64,000 nucleotides of DNA, from positions 226,984,001-227,048,000 of the forward strand of contig NC_086097.1 of assembly GCF_963921235.1 (NCBI RefSeq). The letters are read 5' to 3'. A model generated the notes under the pieces. It did no database searches, was not told the DNA's origin, and saw nothing but the letters and a program-made list of their open reading frames with translations. This document shows positions 61,720-64,000 of the stretch, piece by piece. Position 1 is the stretch's first letter; each line of letters opens with the position of its first letter. The DNA comes from Mobula hypostoma (Eukaryota). Made by a program: the position numbers and the translations under genes.

Positions 61720-62680
61720 CAAGAAACGTAGAAATAATCTGTAAGAGCTTCCATAAATATGTAAAAAAATGGGAAAAAATGATTTTAGCCATTGTGAGAC
61801 CTTTACAGATGAGAGAAATTAAACAAGAAGAAAATGGTGAGGAAATTAAGCAAATATGTTGTGTCTGTCTTCACAGAAGACACAACAAGCTTTCTAGAAA
61901 TGGAGTAGATCTCAAGGGAAATGTTCAAAGAGGTTATAATTGGCAAGAACTGGAGAAATTAATGGGATTGTAAGGTGATAAATCCCAAGAATGTGATAAC
62001 TTGGATCTTATTGGAAGAGTTTATGGACATAGTTCATCTACAAGATGTAACATTCCAAAAATTCCTTAGATCATAAAATAGTACTCACAGGTTAGAAGGT
62101 AGCAAAAATCACTATTTAAAATAAGTGGGAAGATTAAAAACAGGTATTTGTATTACCACTTAACCTGACGTCAGAAGTAGGAGAATATATTATTGAAGAA
62201 GTGGTAATAGGACACTTAGAATTTTATAATGGGATTGTTTAGAGTCAACATGAACTTATGAAAAGAAGATCAAGATTGGCAACAAGAATAAATGAGGACA
62301 AACCAGTGTTTGGATTTCCCAATGGCCTTTGATAAGATTCCACCCAAGAGATTGTGAAGCAAAATTAGTATAACCTGCTAATGTAATAGAAAGTAAATAA
62401 AAGTGAGGTTACAGGAATTATGAAACATGGATATAAGCGGTGGAAAAACAATCTGTTTCAAAGAGGAAAAATGTAAATTCTTTAACTAAAATACAAACAT
62501 ATGTGGGATTATGGATTTTGAGGTGAATGTAATAAAGTTTCAGGGTGATATAGACAGTGTGCAGAGATATAGATTATAAAACTGAAAAATATGGGGTCAT
62601 CCTGTATGTTAGAAAAAGCAGAAAAGCAGTACATTTCTAACTGGTAAGCAGTTTTTGGATTTTTTCTGTTCAGAGAGACC
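61720..62680 (+). mobile_element. Ancient CR1 RT remnant
   Basis: Decayed KSQ..D, LT, DFPMAFDKIPP motifs in CR1 order. Confidence 0.55.
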
Positions 62681-63239
62681 TGAACATTATTCTTATGGTC
62701 TTATAACATTAAGAGTCAGAAAATATTTTAAGTACACCAGGCAGATTTTGCCATGGAAGAGTGTGGAGGATTCTCTCTACAATCTCATTCAGAGCAGAGC
62801 CTCACATTGTCATATGCCATTAGAACCATTCTCCAACTGTACTAAGAATGCACCATCTGTAGAATGGTGTCCCATTAGTAGGAGGCATATACAAGCAGTG
62901 CCTTTCCTGTGCAGACTTTGGTCCAGTAGATACACGCACAGTAGTGTTGTACCTTACTGATAATGCCACTGTACACCTGAGATAACATGCCTGGACCGTG
63001 TTGCATTCTAATAGTGCTGTGCTCAGCATGTTGTGGGTAAGGAAGAATTTTAATATAATGTAATTTAAAAATTTATGGAAGATCCTTCGTGCACGGTTGA
63101 TGCCTATCGGCTAGAGGAGAAGAAACAACTCAATGCCTGCTCTTGCTCAATTCTCAAGGCATGATGACAGAACAATCCAGATTCAGTTATGCTATTCATA
63201 ACAATCAAAAAGTTTCTGAGATCTGAACAGCAACATCAT

Positions 63240-63375
63240 ATAACCATACAACAATTACAGCACAGAAACAGGCCATCTTGGCCCTTCTAGTCTGTGCCAA
63301 ACTCTTACTCTCACCTAGTCCCACCGACCTGCACTCAGCCCATAACCCTCCATTCCTTTCCTGTCCATATATCTA
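63240..63375 (-). mobile_element. CR1 3' tail
   Basis: CAGCACAGAAACAGGCC...TAGTCCCACCGACCTGCAC...CCATAACCCTCCA; the reverse complement matches the 3' UTR at 52120-52250. Confidence 0.75.
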
Positions 63376-63561
63376 TCCTGGAGAACTAATTTTCATTAAG
63401 CTTCCAATATTTGAAGGATGCAGAAGAGGAAAAGAGGTGTGAAGGAAAGTTATTAAAGTTCTAGTTTCCTTGCACATAGACTACACATATGCGTATTTTT
63501 CTCTGACCCATGGTAGGATTAATTTTTGAGTCCATTATCTCAGAGATAATTTAGTTTACAG

Positions 63562-63819
63562 TTGTTGCTTACATTATTGGCTGTAGGCTACTGCATCAAG
63601 CTCTGTTTGAGGGATGCACTGACTCATTCCATTGCTGCCTTGATAGCGTTTGTGTGGACCAGCCACAATACAAAGGCAAGTCAATTCCTTTGGGATTTGA
63701 GGAGCTTAGTCTGCACTGCCACAAAGCACCAGAAGGATTGACATCTATTGAAATTGAAGTGTTAGTAGTTCAGTCAAGTGTGGCTGCACTAAGTTATGGT
63801 CTTCCAACACAAAAGGCTG
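63562..63819 (+). CDS. Candidate host coding exon (unidentified)
   Basis: Non-repeat stop-free frame 63555-63878. TTTACAG acceptor and G|GTAAAC donor give 258 nt, phase 1-1. Peptide not recognised. Confidence 0.25.
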
Positions 63820-64000
63820 GTAAACGTAACCAGTCACTGCCATTGCTAGAGGATCATCCAACCCATTTCATTATTATTTAAAAGTACGATTAAAGCTGCA
63901 GTTAACCCTTGACTAATTTTTAAAGTAATGATTTTTTCAATTGTATTTTTAACCATTTGTTAGCGATAAATATGGCAAATGTATCATACTCTGTGCACCC

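Overview
This is eukaryotic, vertebrate-type genomic DNA made almost entirely of interspersed repeats. The repeat mix (abundant CR1, Rex1/Babar-L2, RTE, V-SINE and Neptune-type Penelope elements) suggests a cartilaginous fish, which is an inference. No host gene could be identified with confidence; two weak exon candidates are noted. The main system is a recently active Penelope-like retroelement (PLE) family encoding RT, a Cys linker and a GIY-YIG endonuclease. Its terminal repeat carries a minimal type I hammerhead ribozyme (AGTC-CTGACGA-stem II-GAAACGTC-GACT), seen in 8 young copies (6 with intact cores) plus older remnants. Five young insertions have 10-15 bp target-site duplications (TSDs). 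Four of them are two-armed inverted structures, each with one short end and one ~36-nt tailed end. One has arms from two different subfamilies, and one insertion is little more than the ribozyme itself. Also present are a full-length chromodomain Gypsy (Tf1/sushi-type) element with a five-level nested stack and an RTE-replaced pol region, two solo LTRs, a near full-length CR1 with an esterase ORF1, hAT transposase and MITE relics, and Tc1/pogo MITEs.
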